From: an uncultured delta proteobacterium
Lineage (GTDB): Bacteria; Myxococcota_A; Polyangia; Haliangiales; Haliangiaceae
Assembly: GCA_963743525.1 (NCBI GenBank)
Contig: CAVUQH010000004.1
Coordinates: 1-64,000 of the forward strand
DNA: 64,000 nucleotides
Direction of reading: 5' to 3'
This document shows, piece by piece, positions 35,096 through 45,978 of the stretch. Each line of letters opens with the position of its first letter. Positions within the stretch are counted from its first letter, which is position 1. The notes under the pieces were generated by a model that did no database searches, had not been told where the DNA came from, and saw nothing but the letters and a program-made list of their open reading frames with translations. The position numbers and the translations under genes were made by a program.

Positions 35096-37450
35096 CTAGC
35101 CCCCCGTCATCGTGCGCCAGTGGTGCTCGAACCGGACCTGGCTCCAGCGGGCGACCATGGCCTCGCGCGCGTTCTTGCTCAGGCGCTCGGCGCGCTCGCG
35201 GTCGCCGAGCAGGCCGGCGATCGCCGAAGCCATGCCCTCGGCGCCAAACTCGTAGCACTCGCCGACGCCGCGACCGGCGACCATGGCCGCGATGTTGGTG
35301 TTGGCCGGGACGACCACCGGCAAGCCGCTGGACAGCGCCTCGAGGGTGACCAGGCCGAGGGTGTCGATCTGGCTGGCGAAGGCGAACACGGTGGCCGACG
35401 CGTACAGCCGGCCCAGGGTCTCGCCGCGCTGCTCGCCGACGAACCGCACCCACGGCAGCCCGTGGGCCCGCGCGACCAGGCGCTCGCGATCGGGACCGTC
35501 GCCGACGATGACCAGGATCGGCGCGCGGTCGAGGTGCTGGAGCCGGCCGACCGCGTCGATCACCAGGTCCAGGTTCTTCTCCGGCGACAGCCGGCCGACG
35601 CTGAGGACCACCGGCCGATCGCCGACCGCCACGTCAACCGACGCGAACACCGACCGGTCGATCCGGTGCGGGGTGAACTCGTGCGGATCGACCGCGACCG
35701 GGACCGTCTGGATCTTGTCGGGCGACACGCCGAGCTCGGTGAGCCGGGCGCGCGAGCCCTCGGAGAAGACGATCACCTTGTTGACCGAGCCGTAGAACCA
35801 CGACAGGTAGTGGCGGACCGCGCCGTGCAGCAGCGAGCTGCCGCTGAGCGCCAGCAGCAGCGCCGGGACCTCGGTGTGGTAGCTCGCCGTCATCGGCACG
35901 CGCATCAGTCGCGCGGCGATCATCCCGACCAGGCCCATCGGTCCGGGGGTGGCCAGCTCGACCCGGGTGATTCGCTCGCGCCACATCCAGTTGACGGTGC
36001 CGAGCAGCGACGGCACCTCGAACGCCAGCGACGGGTACAGCTTCGACCGGATCGTCCGCACCCCGGGGATGCGCCGGAACCACGACGGGTCACCGGCGCC
36101 GGGCTCGCCGCAGTGGGGAATGAACGCGGCCTTGCCGGCGGCGTGGGCCTGCGCGACGAACCGCTTGCACGACCGCGACACCCCGTCGGTGTGCGCGATC
36201 GAGTCGGAGAACAGGGCCAGTCGCTCGCACGCTGGCGCCAGCGGCGTCGCGGTCCACCCGGCCCGCACGTGGCGCACCTGAGCCTGCTGGCGGCCGAAGT
36301 GGTCGGCGGCGAACAGGAACGGCAGCGCCGTGGTGACCGCGCCGCCGAGATCGCGGACCGCGCCGAACAGCCGGTACATGTCAACGTCGCCGATCGCCTC
36401 GATCAGCTCGCTGATGGCCGTGTCGATCATCGCGTCGTTGAGCCGGGCGACGCCCTGCGCGACCCGGCGGTCGCTGTCGACCGAGGCCACGGTGTCGATG
36501 TGGGTGACGTCGAGGTCGTCGCCGAGAGCCAGGTCGGCCTTGGCTGCGCCCTTGATCAGGCTGCCGATGAAGTCGGCGGCCGGGTCGGTGGCGTCGCGCC
36601 GACCGGCGAGGACGTTGACCATGTTGACGAACGGGTCCTCGTAGCCGGGGCGCTTCTCGCCGCGGGCGCGGAGGAACGAGTAGGTCGTGTGCGAGACCCC
36701 GAGCGCGATCGCCGACAGGTCCGCCTGCTCACCGCACGGTCGGGCCTCGCCGCGCTGGACCGCGGCCAGGAACCCGGCGGGGTCGAAGCTGCCGGTCGTG
36801 ACCTCGGTGAAGACCGCCGCGGCCCGCCGGTGACAGTGGTCGTCGGAGCCGCCGACCAGGACGTGACGGGTCGGCGGGTCGGCAATGCCGTGCGCGGCGC
36901 CGACCCGGTGGGCCACCTCGGGGCCCCAGGCGGCGAGGATCTCGGCCAGGTCGTCGCGGATACGGGCGTCGAGCAGACCGTTGACCCCTTCCAGCACCGG
37001 GAAGGTCGCCAAGAGCTCCTCGAGCTTCTTGGCGTCGAGCTGCCAGTTCGGCGACATCAGCGGGTGGGCGACCGCGTGGGCGATCTTCTCGGCCCGCAGG
37101 TACTCGACCAGGCGGCGGACATCGCCGCGCCGGGCCTGGATCTGCTCGTGTTGGTCAGACCGGATGGCCCAGGCCAGCACGTGGACCACGCACCCGTCCG
37201 GGAAGCGGGTGGTGATCTCCTCGGACAGGAAGAAATCCGAGCGATCGACGAGCTCGAGGCCGCCCGCGATGGTGTCGTGGTCGGTGAGGGTGACCAGATC
37301 CATCCCGCGCTGCTTGCACAGCTCGTATTGCCGGACCGGAGAAGCATAGCTTTCCGGGCAATTGAACCGTCGAGAGAACCACTCACCCGAGTCGACGGAG
37401 GCACTCGAGTGCAGATGAAGGTCGCATCGGGTGACCCGACCTGGAGACAT
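35096..37450 (-). CDS. PHP phosphoesterase - GT4 glycosyltransferase fusion
   Basis: DLHLHS, TDHD, GGSDDH; SYHTE, VGRLSPEKN, DTLGLVTLEALSSGLPVV. Confidence 0.88.
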   Translation of the reverse strand: MSPGRVTRCDLHLHSSASVDSGEWFSRRFNCPESYASPVRQYELCKQRGMDLVTLTDHDTIAGGLELVDRSDFFLSEEITTRFPDGCVVHVLAWAIRSDQHEQIQARRGDVRRLVEYLRAEKIAHAVAHPLMSPNWQLDAKKLEELLATFPVLEGVNGLLDARIRDDLAEILAAWGPEVAHRVGAAHGIADPPTRHVLVGGSDDHCHRRAAAVFTEVTTGSFDPAGFLAAVQRGEARPCGEQADLSAIALGVSHTTYSFLRARGEKRPGYEDPFVNMVNVLAGRRDATDPAADFIGSLIKGAAKADLALGDDLDVTHIDTVASVDSDRRVAQGVARLNDAMIDTAISELIEAIGDVDMYRLFGAVRDLGGAVTTALPFLFAADHFGRQQAQVRHVRAGWTATPLAPACERLALFSDSIAHTDGVSRSCKRFVAQAHAAGKAAFIPHCGEPGAGDPSWFRRIPGVRTIRSKLYPSLAFEVPSLLGTVNWMWRERITRVELATPGPMGLVGMIAARLMRVPMTASYHTEVPALLLALSGSSLLHGAVRHYLSWFYGSVNKVIVFSEGSRARLTELGVSPDKIQTVPVAVDPHEFTPHRIDRSVFASVDVAVGDRPVVLSVGRLSPEKNLDLVIDAVGRLQHLDRAPILVIVGDGPDRERLVARAHGLPWVRFVGEQRGETLGRLYASATVFAFASQIDTLGLVTLEALSSGLPVVVPANTNIAAMVAGRGVGECYEFGAEGMASAIAGLLGDRERAERLSKNAREAMVARWSQVRFEHHWRTMTGG

Positions 37451-37602
37451 AGCTTGCGGAGGTACCACAAGCGCCGGCCGCAGGGGATTAAAAACGCCCA
37501 CCAATTCTGGCGGCGCAAGAATCGTACAGCCAGATGTGGCGATTCTCCCCACCGCGGGAACCCCTCGCAGTGCGCCCCGTCACTCGGGTAGGCTTCGCCG
37601 CA

Positions 37603-40071
37603 ATGTCTGGGTCGAGCCCGTCGACGAACGCCCGCGGCTACGTGGCGTGGATCGATCGGCACGCGTTCGCGATCGTGGCGGCGCATGTCGTCGCCCTGGC
37701 GGCATCGATCTACCTCATCATCTATCACCTGCCGCTGCGGGCCGACTTCGCCAACCTGCTGCCGCAAGACGCGCCGGCGGTGCGGGACATGCGCAAGCTC
37801 GAGGCCCGGCTTCGCACCAACGACACCGTGCTGGTCGTCGTCCAGGCGCCGACCGCGGCGGCGCGGGCGGCGGCGACGGCGGAAATGGAGGCGGCGGCCC
37901 GGGCCATACCGCACGACCTGGCGTCACGCGTCGACGGCGACGACGTCACGGCGCGCGCGTTCCTCGATGCCCACCGCTTCCACCTGGTGCCGCTGCCCGA
38001 GCTCGATCGCGCCCGGACCGCGCTCGCCGAGCGGATCAAGCAGGCCAAGCTCGACGCCAACCCGCTGTACATCGATCTCGAAGACGACGACGCCCAGCGC
38101 CAGGCAACCCGGCACGAGCTCGACGACCTGCGCGGGCGCTGGCGCGAAGCCGACGCCCGGTTGCGCCGGCCGAGCAACGTCAGCGCCGACGGCAAGGTAG
38201 CCCAGCTCCAGGTCAAGACCGCGATGTCGGCCACCGAGGTCGGCCGCGGTCAGGCGCTGCTCGACGCGCTGGCCGCGGCCCGGGCCAGGGTCATCGCCGA
38301 TCACCCCGGCGTGCAGATCGGCTTCGCCGGAGATCTGGTCACGGCGCTGTCCGAGCACGACGCGATCGTCCACGGGACTCTGGTGTCGTGCGTCGTGACC
38401 GCGCTCCTGGTCGGGCTGCTGCTGGCGCTCTACTTCCGCAGCGCCAACCTCCTCATCCTGCTCATCACGACCCTGGCGATCGGGACCACCGCATCGTTCG
38501 GCGCCGCCGCCCTGACCATCGGCCACCTCAACGCCGCGACTGCCTTCCTCGGCGCCATCATCGCCGGCAACGGCGTCAACTACGGCATCCTCCTCATCGC
38601 GCGCTTCCTCGAAGAGCGGCGCCGGCGCGAGCTTGACGACGCAGTGGCGGCGGCGATCGCGGGGACGGTGCGCCCGACCCTGGTCGCGTCGCTGGGCGCA
38701 TCGATCGCGTACGGCTCGCTGGCCGCGACCAGCTTCAAGGGCTTCGCCGACTTCGCCGTCATCGGCGCGCTGGGCATGGCCCTGTGCTGGACCGCGTCGT
38801 TCGTGCTGCTGCCCGTGCTGCTCCTCCGCTTCTCGCGGCGACCGCGAGCGTGCGAGGCGCCGATGGTCGGCGCGGTCCTGGTCCGCTGTCTCGGCTTTCG
38901 TCGACCGCAACTGGTGGTTGCCGTCGTCGGTGTGATGTTGGCCGCGGCCCTCGGCGTCGTCGTGCAATACGTCTCCGCCGACCCGTTCGAGTACGACATG
39001 CGCAACCTCGGCTCCGACGGCGCCGCCGCCCGCGCGGAGCGCCACTGGATGGGAGTGTCGCGCCAGCTGTTCGGACGCGGCATCGCCGGGCGCACCTTCA
39101 TCGCCGCCGATCGCCCGGATCAGGTGCCGCGGATCGTCGCCGCCCTGCGGCAGAAGGACCACGGCGTGCCGCCCGAGGAGCGCACGATCGGCTCGATCGA
39201 ATCGGTCCTCGACGTCATCCCCGCCGATCAGTCGGCCCGGCTGGCCCGACTGGCCGAGATCCGCACGATGCTCGACGACGAGGCGCTCGACGAGCTCGAC
39301 GACCACGAGCGCGCCGAGCTCGACGAGATGCGCCCACCGGCGAATCTGTCGCCAATCACCGTGATGTCGCTGCCACCCACCCTGCGCGAGCAGCTCACCG
39401 AGAAGAACGGCCGGGTCGGCTACGTGGTGTCGGTTCGCCCCGGCCCCCACCTCGACGAGCTCAACGGCCACGACGTCATTCGCTTCGCGGCTGCGGTCAG
39501 CACCCTCCACCTCGGCGACGGCGAGACGGTGACCACGTCGGGCCCGAGCGTCATCTTCGCCAACATCCTCGAGGTCGTCGCCCACGACGGCCCGGTGGTG
39601 ACGATCATCGCCGCCGCCGGACTGGTCGTGCTGGTCCTGTTCCTGGTCGGTGCCAACCGACGCGGAGCCGCGGTGCTGATCGCCACCGGCTCCGGCGCCC
39701 TGTTCATGGTCGCGACCTGCGCGCTGCTCCAGCTCAAGGTCAACTTCCTCGACTTCGTCGCCCTGCCGATCACACTGGGGCTGGGCGTCAACTATGCGAT
39801 CAACCTGGCGTACCGCCACCATCGCGCGGATGGTGGGACACCGTGCGAGGCGCTCCGCACCAGCGGCAGCGCGGTCCTGCTCTGCTCGCTGACCACGGTG
39901 ATCGGCTACGGCTCACTGCTGGTCAGCCAGAACCTGGCGATTCGCGGATTCGGCGCCGCCTCGCTGATCGGCGAGATCACCAGCGTGCTGACCGCGCTGA
40001 TCCTGGTTCCGGCGCTGCTGGCAATTCCGTCCCGTCGGTTCTATCGAGCAACCCATCGGAGGCTTCCGTGA
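37603..40071 (+). CDS. MMPL/RND family lipid transporter
   Basis: Two repeats of TM + large loop + 5 TM; GNGVNYGI and GLGVNYAI. Confidence 0.85.
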   Translation: MSGSSPSTNARGYVAWIDRHAFAIVAAHVVALAASIYLIIYHLPLRADFANLLPQDAPAVRDMRKLEARLRTNDTVLVVVQAPTAAARAAATAEMEAAARAIPHDLASRVDGDDVTARAFLDAHRFHLVPLPELDRARTALAERIKQAKLDANPLYIDLEDDDAQRQATRHELDDLRGRWREADARLRRPSNVSADGKVAQLQVKTAMSATEVGRGQALLDALAAARARVIADHPGVQIGFAGDLVTALSEHDAIVHGTLVSCVVTALLVGLLLALYFRSANLLILLITTLAIGTTASFGAAALTIGHLNAATAFLGAIIAGNGVNYGILLIARFLEERRRRELDDAVAAAIAGTVRPTLVASLGASIAYGSLAATSFKGFADFAVIGALGMALCWTASFVLLPVLLLRFSRRPRACEAPMVGAVLVRCLGFRRPQLVVAVVGVMLAAALGVVVQYVSADPFEYDMRNLGSDGAAARAERHWMGVSRQLFGRGIAGRTFIAADRPDQVPRIVAALRQKDHGVPPEERTIGSIESVLDVIPADQSARLARLAEIRTMLDDEALDELDDHERAELDEMRPPANLSPITVMSLPPTLREQLTEKNGRVGYVVSVRPGPHLDELNGHDVIRFAAAVSTLHLGDGETVTTSGPSVIFANILEVVAHDGPVVTIIAAAGLVVLVLFLVGANRRGAAVLIATGSGALFMVATCALLQLKVNFLDFVALPITLGLGVNYAINLAYRHHRADGGTPCEALRTSGSAVLLCSLTTVIGYGSLLVSQNLAIRGFGAASLIGEITSVLTALILVPALLAIPSRRFYRATHRRLP

Positions 40072-40073
40072 GC

Positions 40074-41153
40074 ATGCGCAAACTGTCAACGTGTTTGGTG
40101 ATCCTGAGCCTGCAGGCGTGCAGCCGATCGCACACGCCGCAGCCGTCGAAGGAGCCCGTCCAGCCCGCACCCGAGGCCAGCGTGGCGGCGAGCCCGGAGC
40201 CGGTCCCAACAGCCGAACCGTCGCTGCCGCTGGTCCACGTGGCGGACGTCAACCTTCCGGGCAAGTCGGTGCGATTCGACTATCAAGATGTCGATCCGAT
40301 GACCGGCAACCTGGTCATCGCGCACATGAACGCGGGGTCCGTGGTCATCGTCAAGACCAGTGACGGATCCCTGGTGAAGGAAATCACGGACATCCGCACG
40401 CCCCGTGGAATCGTCGTCGCCGACGACGCCGGCCGGATCTTCGTGACCAGCATGCCCAACAAGCTGGTGATCCTCGACAACACCAGCTTCGAAGAGCTTG
40501 CCCGGGTCGACACCGGCACGGCGCCCGACGGAGTCGGCTGGGATCCCTACGACCGCATCGTCGGAGTGTCCGACCAGCGCGACGGCGCTGTATCGCTGAT
40601 CTCCGACGCGGGCAACGGCGAGCGGGTGCAGGTTCCGCTCGGCCGCGAGACGGGCAACGTGGTCTTCGACTCCACGAGTCACCGGTTCTGGGTCACCGTG
40701 GTCGAGAACAAGGGCGCCAACCAGCTCGTGTCCATCGACCCGAACGCCGCGCGTGTGGAGACGAGCATCCCCTTGCCCGGTTGCGACGGCGCGCACGGTC
40801 TGCGCATCCACCCGGACGGGAAGAGCGCGCTGATTGCCTGCGAAGACAACGCCAAAGTCGCCCGCGTCAACCTCGGCGGCGACCACACCATCGTGATGGC
40901 CGACTCGGGCGCAGATCCCGACGTCGTGACGATCGATGTCGGCTTCGGCTGGCTCTACGTCGCAGCCGAGAGCGGCGACCTCGTCGTCTTCGACCTCGGC
41001 AAGCCCGGGCTGGTCCCGATCGATCGCGAGCACGTCGCCGCCCACGCGCACTCGGTCGGCGTCGATCCCATCACCCACCGCGTCTTCTTCCCACTGGTCG
41101 CGGGCAAGAACGGTACGCCAGTGCTGCGGATCATGAAGCCCGCGGGGGTGTAG
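40074..41153 (+). CDS. YncE-like beta-propeller lipoprotein
   Basis: Lipobox LQAC; RFDYQDVD, PRGI, APDG, AHSVGVDP; GTG 40068 is an alternative start. Confidence 0.8.
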   Translation: MRKLSTCLVILSLQACSRSHTPQPSKEPVQPAPEASVAASPEPVPTAEPSLPLVHVADVNLPGKSVRFDYQDVDPMTGNLVIAHMNAGSVVIVKTSDGSLVKEITDIRTPRGIVVADDAGRIFVTSMPNKLVILDNTSFEELARVDTGTAPDGVGWDPYDRIVGVSDQRDGAVSLISDAGNGERVQVPLGRETGNVVFDSTSHRFWVTVVENKGANQLVSIDPNAARVETSIPLPGCDGAHGLRIHPDGKSALIACEDNAKVARVNLGGDHTIVMADSGADPDVVTIDVGFGWLYVAAESGDLVVFDLGKPGLVPIDREHVAAHAHSVGVDPITHRVFFPLVAGKNGTPVLRIMKPAGV

Positions 41154-41165
41154 AACGCCGTCGCC

Positions 41166-43361
41166 CTACTTCACCGCGGGCTCGGGGGCGCCGATGTAGT
41201 GGAGCAGGAACGCGAACTGGACCGCGATCTCGTCCACGACGCCGCTCAGCTTGCTGGCGCCGTGACCGGCGCTGGCGCTGGTGCGCAGCAAGATCGGCGC
41301 GCCCGAGCTCGACGCCGCCTGCAGGCGCGCGGTCATCTTGCGCGACTGCCACGACTCGACCCGCGGGTCGTTGTCGCCGGTGGTGAACAGAATCGGCGGG
41401 TACTTCACGCCGGCCTCGACGTGGTGGTACGGCGAGTAGGCGTAGAGCGCCTTGAACTGGTCTGGATCCTTGACCGTGCCGAACTCGGTGACGTTGAACT
41501 CACCGTTGGGCGACAGCTCGGTGCGCAGGCTGTCGTAGATGCCGACCGCCGAGACCACCGCCGCCATCAGATCCGGGTGCTGCGTGAACTCCGCCCCCAT
41601 GAGCAGTCCGCCGTTGCTGCCGCCGATGATGCCGAGGTGCTTGCTGGAGGTGTAGCCGCGGCTGATCATGTGCTGCAGCACCGCGGTGAAGTCATCGAAG
41701 ACGTTCTGCTTCTTGGTCAGCATGCCCTCCCGGTGCCACTCCTCGCCGAACTCGCCGCCACCGCGCAGGTTGGCCACGGCAAAGCAGACGCCGCGGTCGA
41801 GGAAGATGCGCGCCAGCGCCCGGTAATGCGGGGTCTGGCTGGATCCGTAGCCGCCGTAGCCGGTGACGATGCACGGCCGGCTGCCGTCTCGAGGGGCGTT
41901 CTTGGCGACGATGATGTCGACCGGCACCTTGGTGCCGTCCTTCGAGGTGGCCATCTCGCGCACGACCTCGGCGTCGGACAGATCGACCAACGCGGGCCGC
42001 GAGATCTGGTCGAGCTTGCGCGTCCCCTTGGCGGTCAGCTCGTACCAGCCCCAGGGCACCAGGTCGCTCGTTTGCGTAAACCAGATGTCGTCGCCGGCGA
42101 CCTGCTCGAGGCCGCTGATCGACGCCACCGGCAGCTGCTCGGGTGCGGGTAGCGGCTTGCCCTCGTGGTCGAAGACGCGCAGGACGGTCGGCCCACCCGT
42201 CTGATAGATGACGTAGATCCGCGAGTCGGTGGGCAAGATGCCGCTGGCGCCCCAGAAGTTCCAGGCGATTGAATCTTTGCTCTGGGGCACGATCTCGACC
42301 GCCTTGGACATGTCGGTGGCGCCGCCCGTGAGAGCCAGGAGCTTGCCGCGAGGAGCGTCCTTGCGCGACAGCGCGAACAGGGTCTTGGGCGGCCCGAAGA
42401 AGACACCCTTGATGCCGTCACCGAACGTCAACAGCTGGGTGAGCTTGCCGCTGCCGTCGGCTTTCCCCAGGTAGTGGGCGAAATCGCCGCCGTCGCCGTT
42501 CTGCACGGTGATCAGCAGTCGCCTGGTGGCGTCGTCGACAGCGACCCGCGTCTCGGCGATGCGGGGCTGCCCCTTGCCGAAGATGTAGCGGTCGGTTTCG
42601 ACCGGCTGGCCCAGGGTGTGCAGCCACACCTGCTGATAGAAGCCGAGGTCTTCTTTCGGTCGCTCGCCGTCGCGGGGATAGCGGGTGTAGTAGAAGCCCG
42701 AGCCGTCCGGCAGCCAGGCGACGCTGCCGCCCGCCGTGCCGTTGTTGACGTGGGCGATCTGGTCGGGCAGCGGCTTGGCGGTGGCGACGTCGTAGACGAC
42801 CAGGTCGCCACGCTCGGAGCCGCCTTTGGACAGCGACACCGCCACCTTCGAGCCATCCGGCGACGGCTCGTAGAAGTCGATGCCCATGGTGCCGTCCTTG
42901 TCGAGGACCGTGGGATCGAGAATCACGCGCTCGCCGGTCAGGCCCGCCTTGTCGCTCATCTCGATCAGCGTCGGCTGCTCCTTGGGCGGCTGCTGCTTCT
43001 CCATGAACAGATGGCCGCCGACGAAGGTCACGGAGAAGTAGCTGGGCGACGGATCGAGCACCAACTTCTCCACCTGCGCGCGCACCGCCGCCAGGTTGGG
43101 CAGCGCCTGGAGCTGCTCGCGGGCGTAGCGGTTCTGGCCGTCGGCCCAGGCCTTGACCTCCGGATCGTCATCCTTCTCCAGCCACTGGTAGGGATCGACG
43201 ACGTCGACCCCGTGGTAGGTGTTGGTCACCGGACGCACCGCGGCCACCGGCGGGCCCGCTTCGGCTGGTTGCTTCTCGGGACCAACCGTCGCACGGGTAG
43301 GTGCCTGGCTGCTGCCGCAGGCGGTGACGAGGATCAGCGACGCCGACAGGAGGGAGCGCAT
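41166..43361 (-). CDS. prolyl oligopeptidase (S9A) lipoprotein
   Basis: Lipobox VTAC; DPYQWLE, GYGGYG, RGGGEFG, GGSNGG, NDPRV, AGHG. Confidence 0.93.
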   Translation of the reverse strand: MRSLLSASLILVTACGSSQAPTRATVGPEKQPAEAGPPVAAVRPVTNTYHGVDVVDPYQWLEKDDDPEVKAWADGQNRYAREQLQALPNLAAVRAQVEKLVLDPSPSYFSVTFVGGHLFMEKQQPPKEQPTLIEMSDKAGLTGERVILDPTVLDKDGTMGIDFYEPSPDGSKVAVSLSKGGSERGDLVVYDVATAKPLPDQIAHVNNGTAGGSVAWLPDGSGFYYTRYPRDGERPKEDLGFYQQVWLHTLGQPVETDRYIFGKGQPRIAETRVAVDDATRRLLITVQNGDGGDFAHYLGKADGSGKLTQLLTFGDGIKGVFFGPPKTLFALSRKDAPRGKLLALTGGATDMSKAVEIVPQSKDSIAWNFWGASGILPTDSRIYVIYQTGGPTVLRVFDHEGKPLPAPEQLPVASISGLEQVAGDDIWFTQTSDLVPWGWYELTAKGTRKLDQISRPALVDLSDAEVVREMATSKDGTKVPVDIIVAKNAPRDGSRPCIVTGYGGYGSSQTPHYRALARIFLDRGVCFAVANLRGGGEFGEEWHREGMLTKKQNVFDDFTAVLQHMISRGYTSSKHLGIIGGSNGGLLMGAEFTQHPDLMAAVVSAVGIYDSLRTELSPNGEFNVTEFGTVKDPDQFKALYAYSPYHHVEAGVKYPPILFTTGDNDPRVESWQSRKMTARLQAASSSGAPILLRTSASAGHGASKLSGVVDEIAVQFAFLLHYIGAPEPAVK

Positions 43362-43595
43362 GTGCGGAACCTACCTCCGCGCCCTCTCCCTGACAATTCG
43401 CATCGCCTCACACGCGCGCACGAGCCGGATCACGGGTGCTTCCGGCGGGATGCCCCCAACAGCTCGACATGCACGTCATGGATCGCGGCTGACCTGGAGT
43501 GGCCCGCAAATGCTGGTCGAAATCATGTAGCTCGTGCGGCCGTTGGGACGGTTGGCGGTTGGTTGTGCCTCCGGGCGGCCACGGCTCGAGCGCGT

Positions 43596-45263
43596 TCACA
43601 GCGTCCAGGTGAGCAGCTCGCCATCGCGCGCGAGGGAGCACAGGGTGTGCGTGTCCGGCGCGAAGGCGACGGCAACGACGGCCGCGGCATGGCCCGGCAA
43701 CGCCGCTTTCAGGCTGGCCGTGGCTCGATCCCAGACGTAGACGCACCAGTCCGCGGCGCCGGCGGCGAGCAGCGCCCCATCGGCCGACAGCGCCAGTGAC
43801 AGCGGCGCGGCCGGCGGCCGGAGCGGCTCGCAGATGTGATCGTCGCCGACTCGCCACAGAACGATCTCGGCGCTGGCGTCCCGCCGATCGGGCCAGGCGA
43901 TGGCCGCGACGCTGTCGGCCGCGCAGGTGAGCTCGCGGAGTAGATGCATCGCGGGGTGAACCGTCGTGAGGTGCGCCTCCGGCGGGTGCCACGCCACCAG
44001 CTCGCCGCCGGGGGTCGCGGCCGCCGCCAGCTCGCCGTGCTGGTCGAGCGCGAGCGCGAACGGGACGTCCTCGAGCGCAATCGTGACGACCGGGTTCAGC
44101 GTGTGGGTATCTGCGACGATGACGGCAGCACCGGTGCGGTAGAGGTAGCGCTCGCCGTCGCCAGACAGCGCACCGACAGTGGCCGCCGGCAGTGCCAGCG
44201 CGGCGCCGACGGGCGTGCCATCGCCGGTGAACGTCCGCAGCTGGTTCCACTCGCCGCGCACGATCGATTGGTCGCGTGAACGCACGGCGACCGACGTCGT
44301 CGTGTGCGATGCCTCGAGCATCGCGACCTGGCCGGATGCGGTGACGATGCGATGGGTCGTGACCAACGGCTCGGCACCGGGGCCGACGGCGAGCGCCGTG
44401 TCCCGGCTCGGGCGAAGCTGTGCGCGCGGGGCCGCGCGGATCGGCACCAGCGACTCGCTCGCTACGTCGCGGCCAGTATCTGCGTCCCACGCGACCACGG
44501 TGCGGCCATCGCCGTCCAGTCCGACCAGGATGGCGCCGTCGTCGCTGAACGCGAGCCCGCGCAGCGGCTGGTGGTCCTGTTGTCGGTCGACGATCGTCGT
44601 TCCGTCGACGCGCCAGAGGAACAGGTGGGTCACCCATGGGGTCCGATCGTTCAGCTCGGCCGACGGGTTGGGGTTGCCGCCGAACACTGCGGCGACGCGG
44701 CCACGAGCTGCATCGACCGCCATCCCGTCGAGCCCGAGCAGCGACGCCGTGCCCTTGCCGAGCTCGGCCCCGGAGGCAAGGCGCACCGTCGTCACCTCGG
44801 CTCCGGTGCAGATCGCGAGCACCGCGGCGTCGGGCGAGATCGCCAGCCGGGTCTCTGCGCGCGCGGGCAGCTCGAGCGCGCGCAGCTGGCCCGATTCGAG
44901 GTCGAGCACGGCGATGCGCGAGGTAGCCAGGAAGTGCGGCCCAACCAACTCGAGCCGCGGGTCGTGATTGACGAAGGTCTTCTGCTCGAGCAGCAACGCC
45001 AGCGCGCCCGCATCCGGCGCCAGCGCCGCCTGCCTCACCTCGCCGCTCAGGCGAAAGGCCCGTGTCGGAATACCTGTCACCAGATCGAGGAGGCGCACGC
45101 TATCGCCCCCGGCCACGACGAGCCGCTCGTCGTCGAGCATCGCCGAGAACACGACCGGGCCGCCGTGTCGGAACGGGCTCGCCCCGAGACGGCGCGTCGC
45201 TTCCGTGGGCACGGGCAGCTCGAAGCGGCTGCAGCGAATCTCGGACGGGTCACGCCCGCTCAT
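43596..45263 (-). CDS. WD40-repeat protein
   Basis: LAFSDDG...WD, LALSADG...VWD, GH...VAFAPD...W repeats. Confidence 0.75.
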   Translation of the reverse strand: MSGRDPSEIRCSRFELPVPTEATRRLGASPFRHGGPVVFSAMLDDERLVVAGGDSVRLLDLVTGIPTRAFRLSGEVRQAALAPDAGALALLLEQKTFVNHDPRLELVGPHFLATSRIAVLDLESGQLRALELPARAETRLAISPDAAVLAICTGAEVTTVRLASGAELGKGTASLLGLDGMAVDAARGRVAAVFGGNPNPSAELNDRTPWVTHLFLWRVDGTTIVDRQQDHQPLRGLAFSDDGAILVGLDGDGRTVVAWDADTGRDVASESLVPIRAAPRAQLRPSRDTALAVGPGAEPLVTTHRIVTASGQVAMLEASHTTTSVAVRSRDQSIVRGEWNQLRTFTGDGTPVGAALALPAATVGALSGDGERYLYRTGAAVIVADTHTLNPVVTIALEDVPFALALDQHGELAAAATPGGELVAWHPPEAHLTTVHPAMHLLRELTCAADSVAAIAWPDRRDASAEIVLWRVGDDHICEPLRPPAAPLSLALSADGALLAAGAADWCVYVWDRATASLKAALPGHAAAVVAVAFAPDTHTLCSLARDGELLTWTL

Positions 45264-45371
45264 GGCATCGACTCTATCGCACGCTCGCCGCGTTCTGGAG
45301 CCGCAAAACAGGCCGACGACGCAGGCGCTGGCAGCTGCTCCACGCTGGCAACTGCGCTATGTTGGACATCG

Positions 45372-45950
45372 ATGCGCTTCCTCAGCCTGATCTTGCTGTC
45401 CGCGTGCGCCACCTCGGCCACACCGGCCCACGGCCCGGCCTCGCCCGCTTACCCGCCCGGCCTCGTCAACATCGGGGCGGAGTTTGCCCCCGTCCCGTTT
45501 GCCCAAGGGGCGCTGGCCAGCAGCTTCCGCGCGGGAGCGACGATCACCTTCCGCCTCCACGCCACCGGCCAGGAGCCGACTCTCTTGACCACCGAGTTTC
45601 TCGACCCGACCGCCGATCGGGTCACGTTGCGCGACACTGCGACGGCGCTGGATGGGTCGCCGCTGGGTGAGCCCAAGACCGCCACCGCTGCATGGACTGA
45701 GCTGGAGGCGCACGCCCACTTCCCGCGGGCGGCCACCACGATCAGCGAGAGCGACGTCGAGGTGCCGGCCGGTCGCTTTCACGCGTACGAATACCGGATC
45801 GCCGGCAACGCCGACGGCGCGCCGACCGTGACCACGTTGTGGTTCGCCGAGAATCTCCCCGGCCCTCCGGTGAAGATGATCCGGCAGGTGGGCGGCGAGA
45901 CCGTCTTCGAGATGGTCCTGGTCTCCACCCACCGCCCGGCGGCCGAGTAG
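45372..45950 (+). CDS. hypothetical lipoprotein
   Basis: MRFLSLILLSAC lipobox; VEVPAGRF motif. Confidence 0.7.
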   Translation: MRFLSLILLSACATSATPAHGPASPAYPPGLVNIGAEFAPVPFAQGALASSFRAGATITFRLHATGQEPTLLTTEFLDPTADRVTLRDTATALDGSPLGEPKTATAAWTELEAHAHFPRAATTISESDVEVPAGRFHAYEYRIAGNADGAPTVTTLWFAENLPGPPVKMIRQVGGETVFEMVLVSTHRPAAE

Positions 45951-45978
45951 CCAGAAGCTCGCGGCTACCGGCGGTGCG

